IMG/VR virus record: IMGVR_UViG_3300013004_000043
Coordinates: 1 to 64,000 of that record
Direction: 5' to 3' (one strand)
Length of the DNA stretch: 64,000 bases
DNA from: an uncultured virus (IMG/VR IMGVR_UViG_3300013004_000043)
Taxonomy: Duplodnaviria > Heunggongvirae > Uroviricota > Caudoviricetes
In this document: piece by piece, positions 27,735 through 38,813 of the stretch
Layout: the number at the start of each line of letters is the position of its first letter
How positions within the stretch are numbered: the stretch's first letter is position 1
Notes under the pieces: generated by a model
Seen by the model: the letters and a program-made list of their open reading frames with translations, nothing else
Databases searched by the model: none
Told to the model about the DNA's origin: nothing
Made by a program: the position numbers and the translations under genes

Positions 27735-29182
27735 CCTTTCTAGCCGAGCTTGCCGTCACTTATCTTCTTCAAATAGTTTTCAAACTCGTGCTCGCTATAG
27801 AAAACAACCAAGTCGGAAAGGTGTTCAGCAGCGAGCTGAACGCCTGTGTATTCCGCCCGCAAAGTTACGCCACCTTCAACGTATACCAACGTCCACTGTT
27901 GATCTGTATAGTCTTCAAACAGTCTGTCATGTATCTTGCGGACAGGAATCCTCTTATCGTTTCGAGGTAACCCAAGCGATTGAAGAACCAGTTGACGTCG
28001 GCTCACTCCAGCAGCCCCGCTGCTCGCATATCAGATAATAAGTCTTCTGCAGCATTTAGAACAGATTCATAGCCATTCGAGTGATGGCCTTCGTAAGCTT
28101 TGTTTCGAACGAATGCGGCTTTCTTTTCAGGTAAGCCGTCCAAAAGAGCCGCAATCGCTTGTTCATATTCATCAGATGTTAGGGCCAAAAATGGTAAATC
28201 TCGCGTCACGTTCAAGCACACTTGTCGTCGCACGTCGCCTTTATCAACACAAAGTCTTTCAACTTTTACGTTGACCGTTTTCGGCGTAGATCGATGAACA
28301 TAGACACCCATCGATTGTATTAGATTTCGGCTTGCAACGTCCATCTCCCAGCTAGCCTTGTGGCTTTGGGAGCCTTCGTAAAACCATTCGTATAGTTGGT
28401 CGTTGTAAATGCAACTTGCTACGTAAATTGTCATGGTTTTCTCCTGAACTTTGTTTTGATCGTGTAGCGTAATTCTTTCAAAAGCAGCGGGATACATGCA
28501 AGCGACGCGGCTACGGCTGCAGCAGCAACAACCAGTAACACCAGCGATAACCCCATAACAGGGATTATCCAAATCGGTAAAGTAGCTATCCACCAAGGCC
28601 AGTCAATTACGTTTGCTAGTCTAAGTGTTACAAACACTATGCCTATCACAAACAAAAGTGAATAAGCATTAATTAGATAGTGAGGTCTTTCTGAACTGTT
28701 TTGCATTTTGTCCCTTTCACATCTGTTTGTACCGGAAAAATCGAATCGCACTTACGGTAGCAGAAGATTTTCTTAAGTTTTACTCTTGAACCTCCTGACG
28801 TATACCAACCTGGCTCACCGTAATTATCAGAGAAACCCGCAGGTGTGCCCCAGTACAACACTACGAAATCCATGTCTCCATTTTCAAACTCGACTTCACA
28901 AAGATATCGCGTACCGTCTTTTTTCATTTTGTTCCTTTCAAACTACCTCTAAGTTGTATAAATTTAGCTCGTCTGCCGTCGGAAGTCTAAAATGCTTCGG
29001 TAAGAAAAGTTCATCGGGGCGTCCTTTCAATGACATGTACATACGTTCGCAAATTGTAGTAATTCTGGTTACTCTAAAAAAGTAACACTCAACGAGTCGA
29101 ATTGATAACGTTTTAGCACAAACAACAACATCACTCTTTTCTGGTACCCAAGCTTTTGTCTGGGCTTAAGGTGTTTTAATAC

Positions 29183-29249
29183 GCCGCCGTAGCCATCGCC
29201 GTAGCCGTAGCCGTAGCCGTTGCCGTAGCCCCAGCCGTATCCGTCGCCG
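29183..29249 (-). repeat. (GGC-NNN)n hexamer repeat encoding a G-Y/D-G tract
   Basis: GGC GAC GGA TAC GGC TGG GGC TAC GGC AAC (GGC TAC)x3 GGC GAT GGC TAC GGC GGC. Confidence 0.85.
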
Positions 29250-30306
29250 ATATGTCTCAACGCTATACTTGCCTACAGCATAGCTCACAAGAGATGTAGG
29301 TTGCCAATCGAGGCTAGCATAACTAAAATATTCATCACCTTTTTTGACCGTTTCACCTTCGTTTAAAAACCGATAGTCGTCGCCAACAACCCGCTTTGTC
29401 GTAAGCTTGGTTCTACACCGACTTTCCGTTTTTACTTCGGAGCATGCTGCTAAAGCCGAAACCTTTGCAGCTGCTATTTTCGATGGCTTGGCGACATTGT
29501 AACTACCACCAAGCTTTCGCACTATTCTCGGCATGATTTCACCTGAAAAAAGTCCAGCCTTGACCTGGTAAAGCTTCTAACACGCGTTCTTTTGCTTCGG
29601 TTCGACTACCAGCCCTAACAAAAACACGTATTTGGTTTTCATTGGCTGTATCGTCCGGTGAAAAAGCACAATACAGATTCGCAGGGCCACCCCAGTAAGC
29701 TCCACCGACATCGTAACAAGCGTCTTGAAATTGCACTTTCTGCAAGTGCAGTTTCTCTGGATCACCTTCAACCCAGTTTCTACGCCCCATATCGGCTCCC
29801 CAGCTCGAGTAACCTTTGTTAACAGGGAGTGCTAGAATTTTGTTGATACTTGCTGTCATCTGAAGATAATCCTCTATACTCAGGTCGCCTAATTCCGTAT
29901 TTAAGAACAACAACGCTGTTGTCTTTCATTCGAACGTAGTTGTGATATTGCCTACAGAAAACCATCTTTTGATAGTCATACGAGTTGCGTATGCCGCGTT
30001 TTCGCCATTCGTTTTTAATGGCTGCGTCAACATACTCGTCATTGAAACCAAAAGCGGCCACTTCTTCCGGGTCGATGCCGTGGGTTTTGACTTCTTCCCA
30101 CATGTTTAAAACCAGAAGCAAGTGTTGTTGTTCTTCTGTTTTAGATCGCATCGAATCAATTATTTGATTAGCTGACATGTTGTTACCCAATTACAAAACA
30201 AAGAACAACACCTACGCATAAACCAAGAAACAAAACAGCTGCCGTAATAGCAAAAAATTCAAAGCTATTGGACGCTTTTTGCTGATCTTTATAGTCAAGT
30301 TCATCC

Positions 30307-31153
30307 TCAATGTCCTGTAGCGATTTCATGCTTTTCCTTTTTATCTTTCGGAATCGTGAGATTGTATCGGCGTGCCGCCTCAATGTAATGATAACGCAAA
30401 TGCTCTACTGGTCGATTCCAACCGTCAGTAAAGGCATCTACGAGATCGTCGTGTAACATAGCCTGAAAGTCGTCTAAACTAGAGCGAAAGCGACCAACAA
30501 CGTCTTGGTCGAAAAGTTCACAAAAATCGTTCTCTCTAACAACTTGGCCAAAAGACATTTCTTTACTTTTTAGTTTCTCAGCAACATCGTCTGGTAGAGA
30601 TAAACCAATTGCACAGCGTCGTCCACACGGCGTTAAATACCAGCAACGACCGTCACGGAATGCTGGATTTTTTTTCTCTATAACAAAAGCCTGCCACGCT
30701 TTGTCAAATATCGATTGCAAAGTAATCTTTTCAATCATTTTATTCTCCTGGAATTGTAAGTCCATACGCTACAGCTACGTCTTTGTATCTTTCTTTAAGC
30801 TCGTATGTCGAATATTTCCAAACGCCTTTTTCTTGTAATTCATCGTGCAATTTACTTTGAAAATTAGTCAGTAAATCTTCAGCCAGAGTTGTAACACTAT
30901 CATCGAAAATATATCGATAATGTTCGTATTTGTGTGCAAGACAGCCGAAACTCACCATTTTACCCGCTAAAGCTGTGACAACTGAATCCGGCAAAGCTAA
31001 GCCTACGGCACAACGCCGCCCATCTTCGGTCGAGTAGCGACAAATATATCTGCCTTCGTCCGCGTCAAATTCAGCCGCAGGGGGCCTGTCTTCAACAATA
31101 AAAGCCTGCCATGCTTTGTCAAATATCATTTGTAGCGTAATCTTTTCGTCCAA
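30307..31153 (-). CDS. Tandem paralogous pair (30307..30765 and 30740..31153)
   Basis: Both begin EKITLQ.IFDKAWQAF and contain GRRCA.GL.LPD..FQ..LHD..Y.LTIP. Confidence 0.8.
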
Positions 31154-31597
31154 CGTAAGCCTCCTGCGGCCTCAAAGCCGCGTATCAATTAAAAGAAACA
31201 GGGTAGGGTTGTCGTCGGCTCTCAGTATCTCAAGATGCCGATAACGAATTCTAACTGCAATTCGACGGATTTTCATCGTCGTAGCTGTGTCGAAAAACGC
31301 TATAAACCTTTCTACCACTCGTAGACATCCAAAGACACACAAACATTGGCGTCACAATCAAACCAAACGTAATCAAATTCAAGTTGCTTGGCTGCCCACA
31401 GTATCTTAGAAACATGCGGGTGACATTCTTCAAGCTCTGAATCACTAACACTGAACAGAAAGCCGTAATTGTTTTCCATGGTGCACTTACCGGCACACCA
31501 CTGAGCAGCTTCCGAAGTGAGATGAGCTGTACTTAGCTCCAAAACTCGAGGGGTATCTAACCCCTCGAGATCGATTTTAACGTCAGACAATCGGTAC

Positions 31598-31828
31598 TCA
31601 CGATCTGGCACCCGGTAAAACGCTGTAAACATCATTGATAACAGGGTGCCGCATGTTATCCGAGAAGTTGAAATACTGTATACCAACAGAATCAAGCTGG
31701 CTTACACAATCTAGAAAGAGCGGAAACTCGCCTGTTCTTCGCGTGTCCTGCGTAGGGTCACCACACAGAATCATTTTAGAAGTTTTACCCAATCGCGAAA
31801 AGCCTGCGTTTGTTGCCGGTTTAAACAG
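31598..31828 (-). pseudogene. phoH: C-terminal fragment of a PhoH-like ATPase
   Basis: FSRLGKTSKMILCGDPTQD...DNMRHPVI resembles the PhoH C-terminus; no Walker A or DEAQN upstream. Confidence 0.6.
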
Positions 31829-32279
31829 CTAGTAGTCGTAACGGTTTAACTTAAGCCTGTAAAAGGTTCTTGCTCCCCAGTTTTGTAAATTATCAGGCTT
31901 GTTGCTTCGACAAGTATTACAACTGTCGTAAAATTCGTTAGGCTTTTGGCTGGTTTTTCTAAAACTGGCCAAGAGCACCTCGCGATTACAAGTATTGCAT
32001 TTTTTTGTTTCAGCGTCGTTTGCAAAGGTAGACGAGCTATCTTTTGTTTCTAGCATGCTTCAGCTTCTTTCTGCATATCAAAAAACATACCTTCAACAGC
32101 TGCACCTAAAAACCAAGGGTCTTCCAGGTTTGCTTTTGAGGGTAACAAGACGCGAGCATTTCGCTTGCCGTCGCTGTTAACCCAATAAACTCTCAATGAA
32201 ACCCCTAGCTTGTCTTTCACAAGTTCTACTTTAGAATTTCTAGGTAGGTTTGACAGAATAAATGACATGCTGTGCTTTC

Positions 32280-32639
32280 TTAGACTTCAACCAATTTGCA
32301 ACGTGATTCCCATGCGTAGTACTGAGCTGAAATAGCTGCAGGCGTGCGTTTAAATCGCGTTGAAAGCTCCCTGGCCGTAGTCTGCGTAAATCTAATTTGC
32401 CGCATAAACATTCGCTTGAATTCTTTGTAAAGCAAACGCTTTTCAACTACCGTCCAATGTAGGTTAGACTTAGGTGGATTCCTTCTTGCCGCACGCTTGT
32501 CAGAGCTAGCAACCAGTACATCGCCAGACTCCAAACTTACTTTAAGTATGGCGTAGATCAGTCTTTTTGTTTCCAAATCAGAATCAAGCACAGGTGCCGC
32601 GATACGTTCAAACTTCTTACTGTGTAACTTCTTAAGCAT
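32280..32639 (-). CDS. Protein with a Myb/HTH-like C-terminus
   Basis: HWTVVEKRLL..ELSTRFKRTPAAISAQY pattern; GGAG RBS before MLKKLH. Confidence 0.4.
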   Translation of the reverse strand: MLKKLHSKKFERIAAPVLDSDLETKRLIYAILKVSLESGDVLVASSDKRAARRNPPKSNLHWTVVEKRLLYKEFKRMFMRQIRFTQTTARELSTRFKRTPAAISAQYYAWESRCKLVEV

Positions 32640-33686
32640 GTTTAACTCCATAAAAAAAGACACCTTTCGGTGTCTAAATTGAAACAAATGTTGATAAGCC
32701 TATTGGCTACGTTTGAAGCAAAAGTTAGCGTACTTCTGCTCTCGACTGATGCATACAGGTCTGTAACAGACTACAGAAAACTCGTCAGTTTCTATTGTCA
32801 TGTTGTGAGTGTTGCCGAGTTTTGTAAAATTATCCTGTAGGCTGCGGAGAGCCGACGCATCTTTCTCGGAAGCAGTTGTAGCCGCTGCGAATTCCAAGCA
32901 GAAGTAGTTAGGTAAAGCATCACCCTGTATCTGCAAAAACACTAAATCTGCTTTTAAGCTGAACTCTTCAACTTCGCCAGTGTTGAAATAGATTGTGACT
33001 TTTTCAGGTCTCTCGACTGACCTAAACCTGATAGGCCAGAAGTCATACGTGGGTTTTACTTTTTTGATTGGGGCTACCGCGACTTTTTTCTCAACCTGAA
33101 TTGGCTCTGTTATCATAACCTTCCTTAGCCTACTTGCTTGACCTTCCCATTGTTATATTAGACTGTAAGCGTATCTCTTTGTTGTTAAACGTCCAGCATT
33201 CGCCGGTTTCGTCTACAAAAACTACCCACAGAAGATCGTGTTCTTGCGAGTAGTCTATAACAAAATGAGCAAAACCTTTACCCTTAGGCGTATCCAGCGG
33301 TAGGGGCGTGTGCAGCTGGCGTATCATTGTCGGTTTATTGAAACGCTGCTATCTGGATTTGCCATAGCCCCGTCACCGTAACTTCCACCAACACGGTCTG
33401 GAAAAACTTGAACTTGCTCAAAGTTAGTGAGTTTAATTCCGACGTTGTCCGGTATGGTAAAAATCTCTGCGGGACGATGCAGTTTCAAATAATTTCTTGC
33501 AAACTCTAGAAATTTCAAGACGTCACTAGAAAGAGGCTGTGAATAGGCATTCGCCAACGCAGCCAGCAAATCTTTGGGGTTTTGGCCGGGAGCAGGTGAA
33601 GTCAAAAATGAACCGGTAGAATTTTCCGCCAAGGTGGGGGTACCTCCAAACGCTGTAGTAAAATTGACGATCGACTCTGAAAAAAA

Positions 33687-34262
33687 TTAAAAATCAACTG
33701 TAGCAACTGTTTTTTCCAACTTTGACAGTTCCTTTACGTCCAGTTCTAACACGGTATCGAAAGATTTCAAGCGTTCTTCTGCCCTGTTAAGTGCAATATC
33801 TCTTATTTTTATTTCGATATCCGAAGGAATCAGATTGCAAGCATCTCTAATTGCTTTAACATCCTCGTCGTACGACGCTCTAACAAAAACTACGTTGTTA
33901 GAAAAAGGGCGAAACAAATCTAGATAAGGTGCTATCAAAACGTCTACAAACGCAATCGGATGAAACTTTGAGAACTCAGCCACAAACGCACGTAAGCGTT
34001 GCACGACATCCCGTGAGTAATACTGGATAAACTGCACAGGGTACGCCGTTTCGCCGGAGAATATCGAACCAAGAAGCGCTATAAGTTCTTTGTTCCTACA
34101 AGTTTCAACAAAAAAATCGTGTTCTATTCTGTTTTTGGTGTAAAGCTGTTTATCGTGTAGAAACCGGTAGCCCGCTCTACGCAAAATAGGTATAGCTTGG
34201 CTCAGGTCTGCACCCGGAGTTCCTGTAACTATCAAATTCTGCCCGCTAAAAGTTGTTTCCAT
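33687..34262 (-). CDS. Degenerate P-loop kinase-like protein
   Basis: LIVTGTPGADLS Walker-A-like start lacking the Lys; overall pattern resembles dephospho-CoA kinase. Confidence 0.35.
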   Translation of the reverse strand: METTFSGQNLIVTGTPGADLSQAIPILRRAGYRFLHDKQLYTKNRIEHDFFVETCRNKELIALLGSIFSGETAYPVQFIQYYSRDVVQRLRAFVAEFSKFHPIAFVDVLIAPYLDLFRPFSNNVVFVRASYDEDVKAIRDACNLIPSDIEIKIRDIALNRAEERLKSFDTVLELDVKELSKLEKTVATVDF

Positions 34263-35362
34263 TACGAGAGCTCCTGTGATAAAAACCTGGCAAATTCTTG
34301 TGCTTGCTTTTTGTGGTTGCTATAAGCGTTTTTCTGCAGCCCTTTCAAGCCAAGATCGTTCATGTTGATTGCTTGCGACAATGTCGTAGCCAAATCTTTA
34401 AAACAAACGATGCCCCTAGGATTGAACGTGTTAGAGACTACAGTGGGTACGAGCATCCCGGATAAACCACCAGATATGTAAGACCTTGCTGGTGGTATGT
34501 CGTGACATATAAGCGGTGTCCCACTCACCGCTAAATGCGGAATTAAGGCTCCGTGCTTAAATGAAGCACAGGCCAAATAAACCCAATCATGTAAGTAAGC
34601 CATCGCATGATACTGACTATACGGCATCACACCGGCAAGCACAACGCGATCCTTGAAGGAAAGTTTCAGCTGATTTAAACGGCTTTTGTGTACCTTAGGT
34701 AATGATTTTTCAAGCAAAAAGGTAACTTTAAGCGTTTCGTGTTTTTTAAGTAGGGCTTCGAAAGTGGAAATCAACTCGTTACCAATATCCTGCGAAAAGT
34801 CTGATCCTAGAAGCACCAGCATTTTCACCTTGTCCTTATCGACTTTTCCTTGCTTCGGTACAAGTAGCTTATCCGCCGAACAAAGCGTTGACCAATTTCG
34901 ATCAACTTCGAAATCTTTACACTCTGAGCTCAACCACAGAGCAGAATCTCGATTAAGACAAATAGCTTTAGAGTTAAGCAGCAATTCTCCAAACAGCACT
35001 TCCTTACTACACCAGCCTGGAAAATACACGTGGTTAAGAGTACTGGTTTTACCTAGATTTTCAATGTGCGAATCCAGTTCGCTGGCTCTTTCGGTGTTCT
35101 CACCTACGGATTTTGCCGTAAGAAAAGTAAGCCTGTCTGGATAAAACCAAAACGCGTGCGTTAGATTTTCGTAAAGCTTAAGGCTTTTGTTGCTGTCTCT
35201 AATAACACGGTCATCCCAATAGCAGTCTACGTTCCGTGCTACTGGCCCGTTAGATATGACTTTAACTGAATTGCCCAATCTAAGCATCCAATTTGCAAGC
35301 ATAACAGCCGCAAGCGTCGTGTCGTTATGCTTGTAATCTACGTAGATACCTACTTTTAGCAT
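34262..35362 (-). CDS. GT-B fold (GT4-like) glycosyltransferase
   Basis: C-terminal LAVSGTPLICHDIPPARSYI...SGMLV pattern (EA..G.P.I.sD equivalent, with the catalytic Glu not evident). Confidence 0.55.
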   Translation of the reverse strand: MLKVGIYVDYKHNDTTLAAVMLANWMLRLGNSVKVISNGPVARNVDCYWDDRVIRDSNKSLKLYENLTHAFWFYPDRLTFLTAKSVGENTERASELDSHIENLGKTSTLNHVYFPGWCSKEVLFGELLLNSKAICLNRDSALWLSSECKDFEVDRNWSTLCSADKLLVPKQGKVDKDKVKMLVLLGSDFSQDIGNELISTFEALLKKHETLKVTFLLEKSLPKVHKSRLNQLKLSFKDRVVLAGVMPYSQYHAMAYLHDWVYLACASFKHGALIPHLAVSGTPLICHDIPPARSYISGGLSGMLVPTVVSNTFNPRGIVCFKDLATTLSQAINMNDLGLKGLQKNAYSNHKKQAQEFARFLSQELS

Positions 35363-35371
35363 GTTTGTTGT

Positions 35372-36079
35372 CTAGCTACCGTGTGATATAAAACAAAAAA
35401 ACGGCGAGTTTGCTCGGCAACCTGGAATGTGACCGTAAGGTATCTTTGTTTTCCAAGCAACGTAGTTAAAGCTAAGTTGATCTCTTAAGCTATGGTTGTC
35501 AAGCTCGTACCACCAATACTGGTCAAACTTTAAACTGGCGTTTGTGTTTTTGCGTACAACACAAGCCGTCTCGACCAACCCATTAAACGCAGGATAGTCC
35601 ATCTTACGGTAAAGCTCTATCTGTCTCTTCATCAGTTCGGGGTTATCTTTCTTTAGTCGCAAGCACGCGTGAAGCTCTTGATAAATGCAACTTCTCTGCG
35701 GATGCTTGAAAGAAAAAATGTCAACATTACGTGTTTTGTATACCGTAGCCTCGAGCAAATCGGACACAAACGTCTTAGCTGTTATTCGTTGCGACGCGTC
35801 CACCCAGATCGAAATATCTCCATGTTTAGTGATTATTCCAGGATGTAGTTTGTGCCAGCGAGCCGTTCGCGTTCTGCATAAAGAATGCTTCCAAGCTAGC
35901 GGTAAAACGTCCCACTCGACACCTTCGCTTGTTACAACCTTACCTCGGCCCGACGTCTGCTTATCTGAGAAAACGACATATCTTACACCCGGTTCTGGTA
36001 CATTAGCGGACGCAAAAAAAGTGCTGTCGAGCTTGTCGTAGCTGCCGGTTACACAGCTGTAAACGACGACATTAGTCAT
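35372..36079 (-). CDS. DUF616/TOD1-MUCI70-like glycosyltransferase
   Basis: VVYSCVTGSYD, SIWVDAS, HPQRSCIYQE, RDQLSFNYV motifs. Confidence 0.8.
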   Translation of the reverse strand: MTNVVVYSCVTGSYDKLDSTFFASANVPEPGVRYVVFSDKQTSGRGKVVTSEGVEWDVLPLAWKHSLCRTRTARWHKLHPGIITKHGDISIWVDASQRITAKTFVSDLLEATVYKTRNVDIFSFKHPQRSCIYQELHACLRLKKDNPELMKRQIELYRKMDYPAFNGLVETACVVRKNTNASLKFDQYWWYELDNHSLRDQLSFNYVAWKTKIPYGHIPGCRANSPFFCFISHGS

Positions 36080-36866
36080 CTTGTCTGTACCATTGACCTT
36101 TCTTGTACTTGTCACCTCTAGTGACTGCACGGTAATGAAAAATAAAACTGCTAAGGCAGACTGCGGATTTCATGCCTAGCTTTTCCCACCGAGACTGCAG
36201 CTCGTCTTCGTTAAGCGTAGTATACGGCGTAGGATTCTTGACGCCAGCAGCTGTAAAAAAATTAGCGGGGCGGTAAAAGTGTTTTGCATCATACCTTCCC
36301 GCGATCCAGGCTCGCATAGCCGCGAACTGAAAAAAACCATTTACCTTACTGATTGTGTAATGCCCCTTGTACCGCTTTAGAAGCTCTAGCGAGTAGTTGT
36401 CAAGTAAGACGGGATCATCTGTAAGCGTATAGTCACCGATGAACTTTGAAATCTCTTGCTGACCTTTAGCTGTGACACCGGGAGCGTTTGAAAGCGGACC
36501 TACCATTGCAAAAGCAACTTCAGCAAGCTGCACTAAACCTTCATACCAACGCACTGGAAAAACTACATCGTTGTTACCTGCAATTGCATAGTCAACCTGT
36601 TGGTCAGCACAGATTTCAAGCCCGCGGTTCCAGCTTCTTGTTAGCCCTAGCGGTTGCTTAAAGTGCTCAACAACAATTCTTGCCGGATCTGGCGATAGCT
36701 CTTTGAGCTTTCGAGTGTAAGCAGAAGAAAAACCTACAGAACCATCGTCAACAACGACCACAATTCCATTCGGCGTTGTCTTTAAAAACGTAATTATCGC
36801 CTTTGCCGTGTAACTGTGGAGATCAAGTGCTTTATGTGTAGGGCAAACAAAGCCGATTTGCATCAC
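36072..36866 (-). CDS. GT2-family glycosyltransferase
   Basis: VVVVDDGS, GLTRSWNRGL, NNDV, VGPLSN motifs. Confidence 0.8.
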   Translation of the reverse strand: MMQIGFVCPTHKALDLHSYTAKAIITFLKTTPNGIVVVVDDGSVGFSSAYTRKLKELSPDPARIVVEHFKQPLGLTRSWNRGLEICADQQVDYAIAGNNDVVFPVRWYEGLVQLAEVAFAMVGPLSNAPGVTAKGQQEISKFIGDYTLTDDPVLLDNYSLELLKRYKGHYTISKVNGFFQFAAMRAWIAGRYDAKHFYRPANFFTAAGVKNPTPYTTLNEDELQSRWEKLGMKSAVCLSSFIFHYRAVTRGDKYKKGQWYRQDD

Positions 36867-38791
36867 ATTTGTCCTTGCGACATTTGTTGTTGAAGCATAG
36901 CTCCTCCTTGATTTTTAAGCTGCTGCCTCTGCTCGTCCATTTTGGCTCTCACTCGACTGTGTAATATAGGATTGAACTGTTTAAGCTTTCTAAGCTCCGA
37001 ATCCTTTACACTCTCAGGTAGGCCCAGTAACTCCTGTGCAAGCTGCTCTGCCGCCGCTTCCAGATCATTGGGCGTAACAGCCGTGTTTGGCCCCATACTT
37101 TGAACGTAGCTTGTGACAGGTGTCTGACCTGCACCCATAGCCGATTGAGCGTCGGGACCAACTGGATTACCACCTTGTTGCCCGCCAGCAGCAGCTCCGC
37201 CTTGCATTTGAGCTCCAGGTTGACCACCTTGCTGTGTGGCTGGATTCATACCCTTGGCAACTTCAGCAGCAAAACCAGCTTGCTCCATTTCTTCTTGCAT
37301 CCTAGCTTGCAATTCCTGCTGCTTCCTAGCCTCGTCAGAAAGCCGTTTTTGCTCTGTTTCCCAATCAAAACCAACAGCCGACAATCCAGATTGACCTGAT
37401 AGCTGCTGTGCCATCATAAGCTGCAACGCAGCCATTTGTTTTTGCATGTCGTCTGCAATAGTTACTGGTTTAAGTTTACATTCAACCTGCTGCCAGCTCA
37501 TAATCCTAGAGACGGTTTCCATAATCCACTGCAAAAACTTATTAGCGTCATCGATAAGATTTCGATGCTGACTTTCGAACAAACGAAGTCCTACTGGCGC
37601 AGCCTGAACACTAAGTGTGCCTTGATAGAGCTCTACAGGAACGCCGGATTCGTTTAGAAGAGAATCGTAAGCCTGTGTAATCATGTCAGTCGGGGCTAAT
37701 TGACTTGCTTCACCGCCCAGTATCTGGTACTTCACAGGAAACGGTAGCATCTGCCAACCCGCAGGGTCGCGTCTACGGCGGTTAATCATGTTTCGAATCT
37801 GAGATCTAAAGTCACCCATGTTATAGGAAGCCATGGGATCGTTCATAGCAAAACCACCGGCACCACCGCCGCCACCAGCTTTTACTTCCGGCGTAATAAG
37901 CCGAAAAGGTATGATGTAGTCAAGTGCGATAGCTTCATTGTACCTGCGTAGCACCTGCAGGTTCCAAAGTTGTCTGTAGTTTATAAGACTTCTGGGCAAA
38001 CCCCAACCCATAGCACGAATACCGGCCAGAGTTTGTTCTTTCATGTGGTAAATGGCGTCTGGATGAAAGCGAAATAGCTTATCTTGACGAATAGCCTCCA
38101 GTACAGACTTAGGGGATCTCTCGAGATGATACAGATTACCCTCTTTAACCATTCGCTTGTAGTACTCTGGAATACGCCACAAGTAAGCTGTCTCGTCTGT
38201 GTACGGATCGTGCAGAATTTCTATCTCATGCGGATTCCATCGCTTTAAGATAAGGTGTTCCGACTCTTCCTTAGGTTTATCAACAACAGTCCAAGGTCCT
38301 CGCCAACCAGTTTCTGGACAAGTCGCAACAAAATTGAAAGAAGCATCAAATTGAAAGTTGAAATTGTTGTAAACAACTTTCAGAGGATACATGTTTCCGG
38401 TCTTAGGACATTGCATATGTCGTCTGAAAGGAACAATCACACTTCCGAAAAAGTTACCGTAACACGTCCTATCCCGCATCGCCATTGACATAAACGGCAT
38501 TAAGCCAAGTTTATGCCCTAGATAGTCCTTGTACTTCTTTTTTTCATCGTCGCCTACGTCTTCTCCGCCGATTTCTATGTCGGTTAAAAAGTAAGCAACC
38601 AGCTTTTCCATGGCAGTACGATAAGTACCCATAATCTGCCAAATGTACTCAGACCACCACAGTGCCGACTTGATAGTCGTCGGCATCTGGGTTGTTGCAA
38701 TGTCGTTGAAGGGATCTGCAAAACCATGCTCTCCGTGCGATACGCCTGCTCCGCGACTGAAGAACGGAACGCTTGCGCTTTGGTATGTCAT
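36863..38791 (-). CDS. Putative portal protein
   Basis: 642 aa; portal-like sequence pattern (IYHMK..GWGLP, helical C-terminal half, Q/G-rich tail); inferred, not a database match. Confidence 0.6.
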   Translation of the reverse strand: MTYQSASVPFFSRGAGVSHGEHGFADPFNDIATTQMPTTIKSALWWSEYIWQIMGTYRTAMEKLVAYFLTDIEIGGEDVGDDEKKKYKDYLGHKLGLMPFMSMAMRDRTCYGNFFGSVIVPFRRHMQCPKTGNMYPLKVVYNNFNFQFDASFNFVATCPETGWRGPWTVVDKPKEESEHLILKRWNPHEIEILHDPYTDETAYLWRIPEYYKRMVKEGNLYHLERSPKSVLEAIRQDKLFRFHPDAIYHMKEQTLAGIRAMGWGLPRSLINYRQLWNLQVLRRYNEAIALDYIIPFRLITPEVKAGGGGGAGGFAMNDPMASYNMGDFRSQIRNMINRRRRDPAGWQMLPFPVKYQILGGEASQLAPTDMITQAYDSLLNESGVPVELYQGTLSVQAAPVGLRLFESQHRNLIDDANKFLQWIMETVSRIMSWQQVECKLKPVTIADDMQKQMAALQLMMAQQLSGQSGLSAVGFDWETEQKRLSDEARKQQELQARMQEEMEQAGFAAEVAKGMNPATQQGGQPGAQMQGGAAAGGQQGGNPVGPDAQSAMGAGQTPVTSYVQSMGPNTAVTPNDLEAAAEQLAQELLGLPESVKDSELRKLKQFNPILHSRVRAKMDEQRQQLKNQGGAMLQQQMSQGQM

Positions 38792-38813
38792 TGCAAATCC
38801 CTCTAAAAGCTAA

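Larger units (their letters stand above)
25434..33632 (-). other. Block of small phage accessory ORFs
   Basis: Dense co-oriented ORFs of 60-200 aa; includes conserved-looking phage hypotheticals at 26790..27023, 28431..28751 (membrane), 29539..29913 and 33130..33327. Confidence 0.7.

Noticed and set aside
29183..29249. GGC repeat as a guide array for the RAMP protein
   Set aside because: Period 6, lies inside ORFs, matches common Gly-Tyr coding repeats, and is about 31 kb from the RAMP gene
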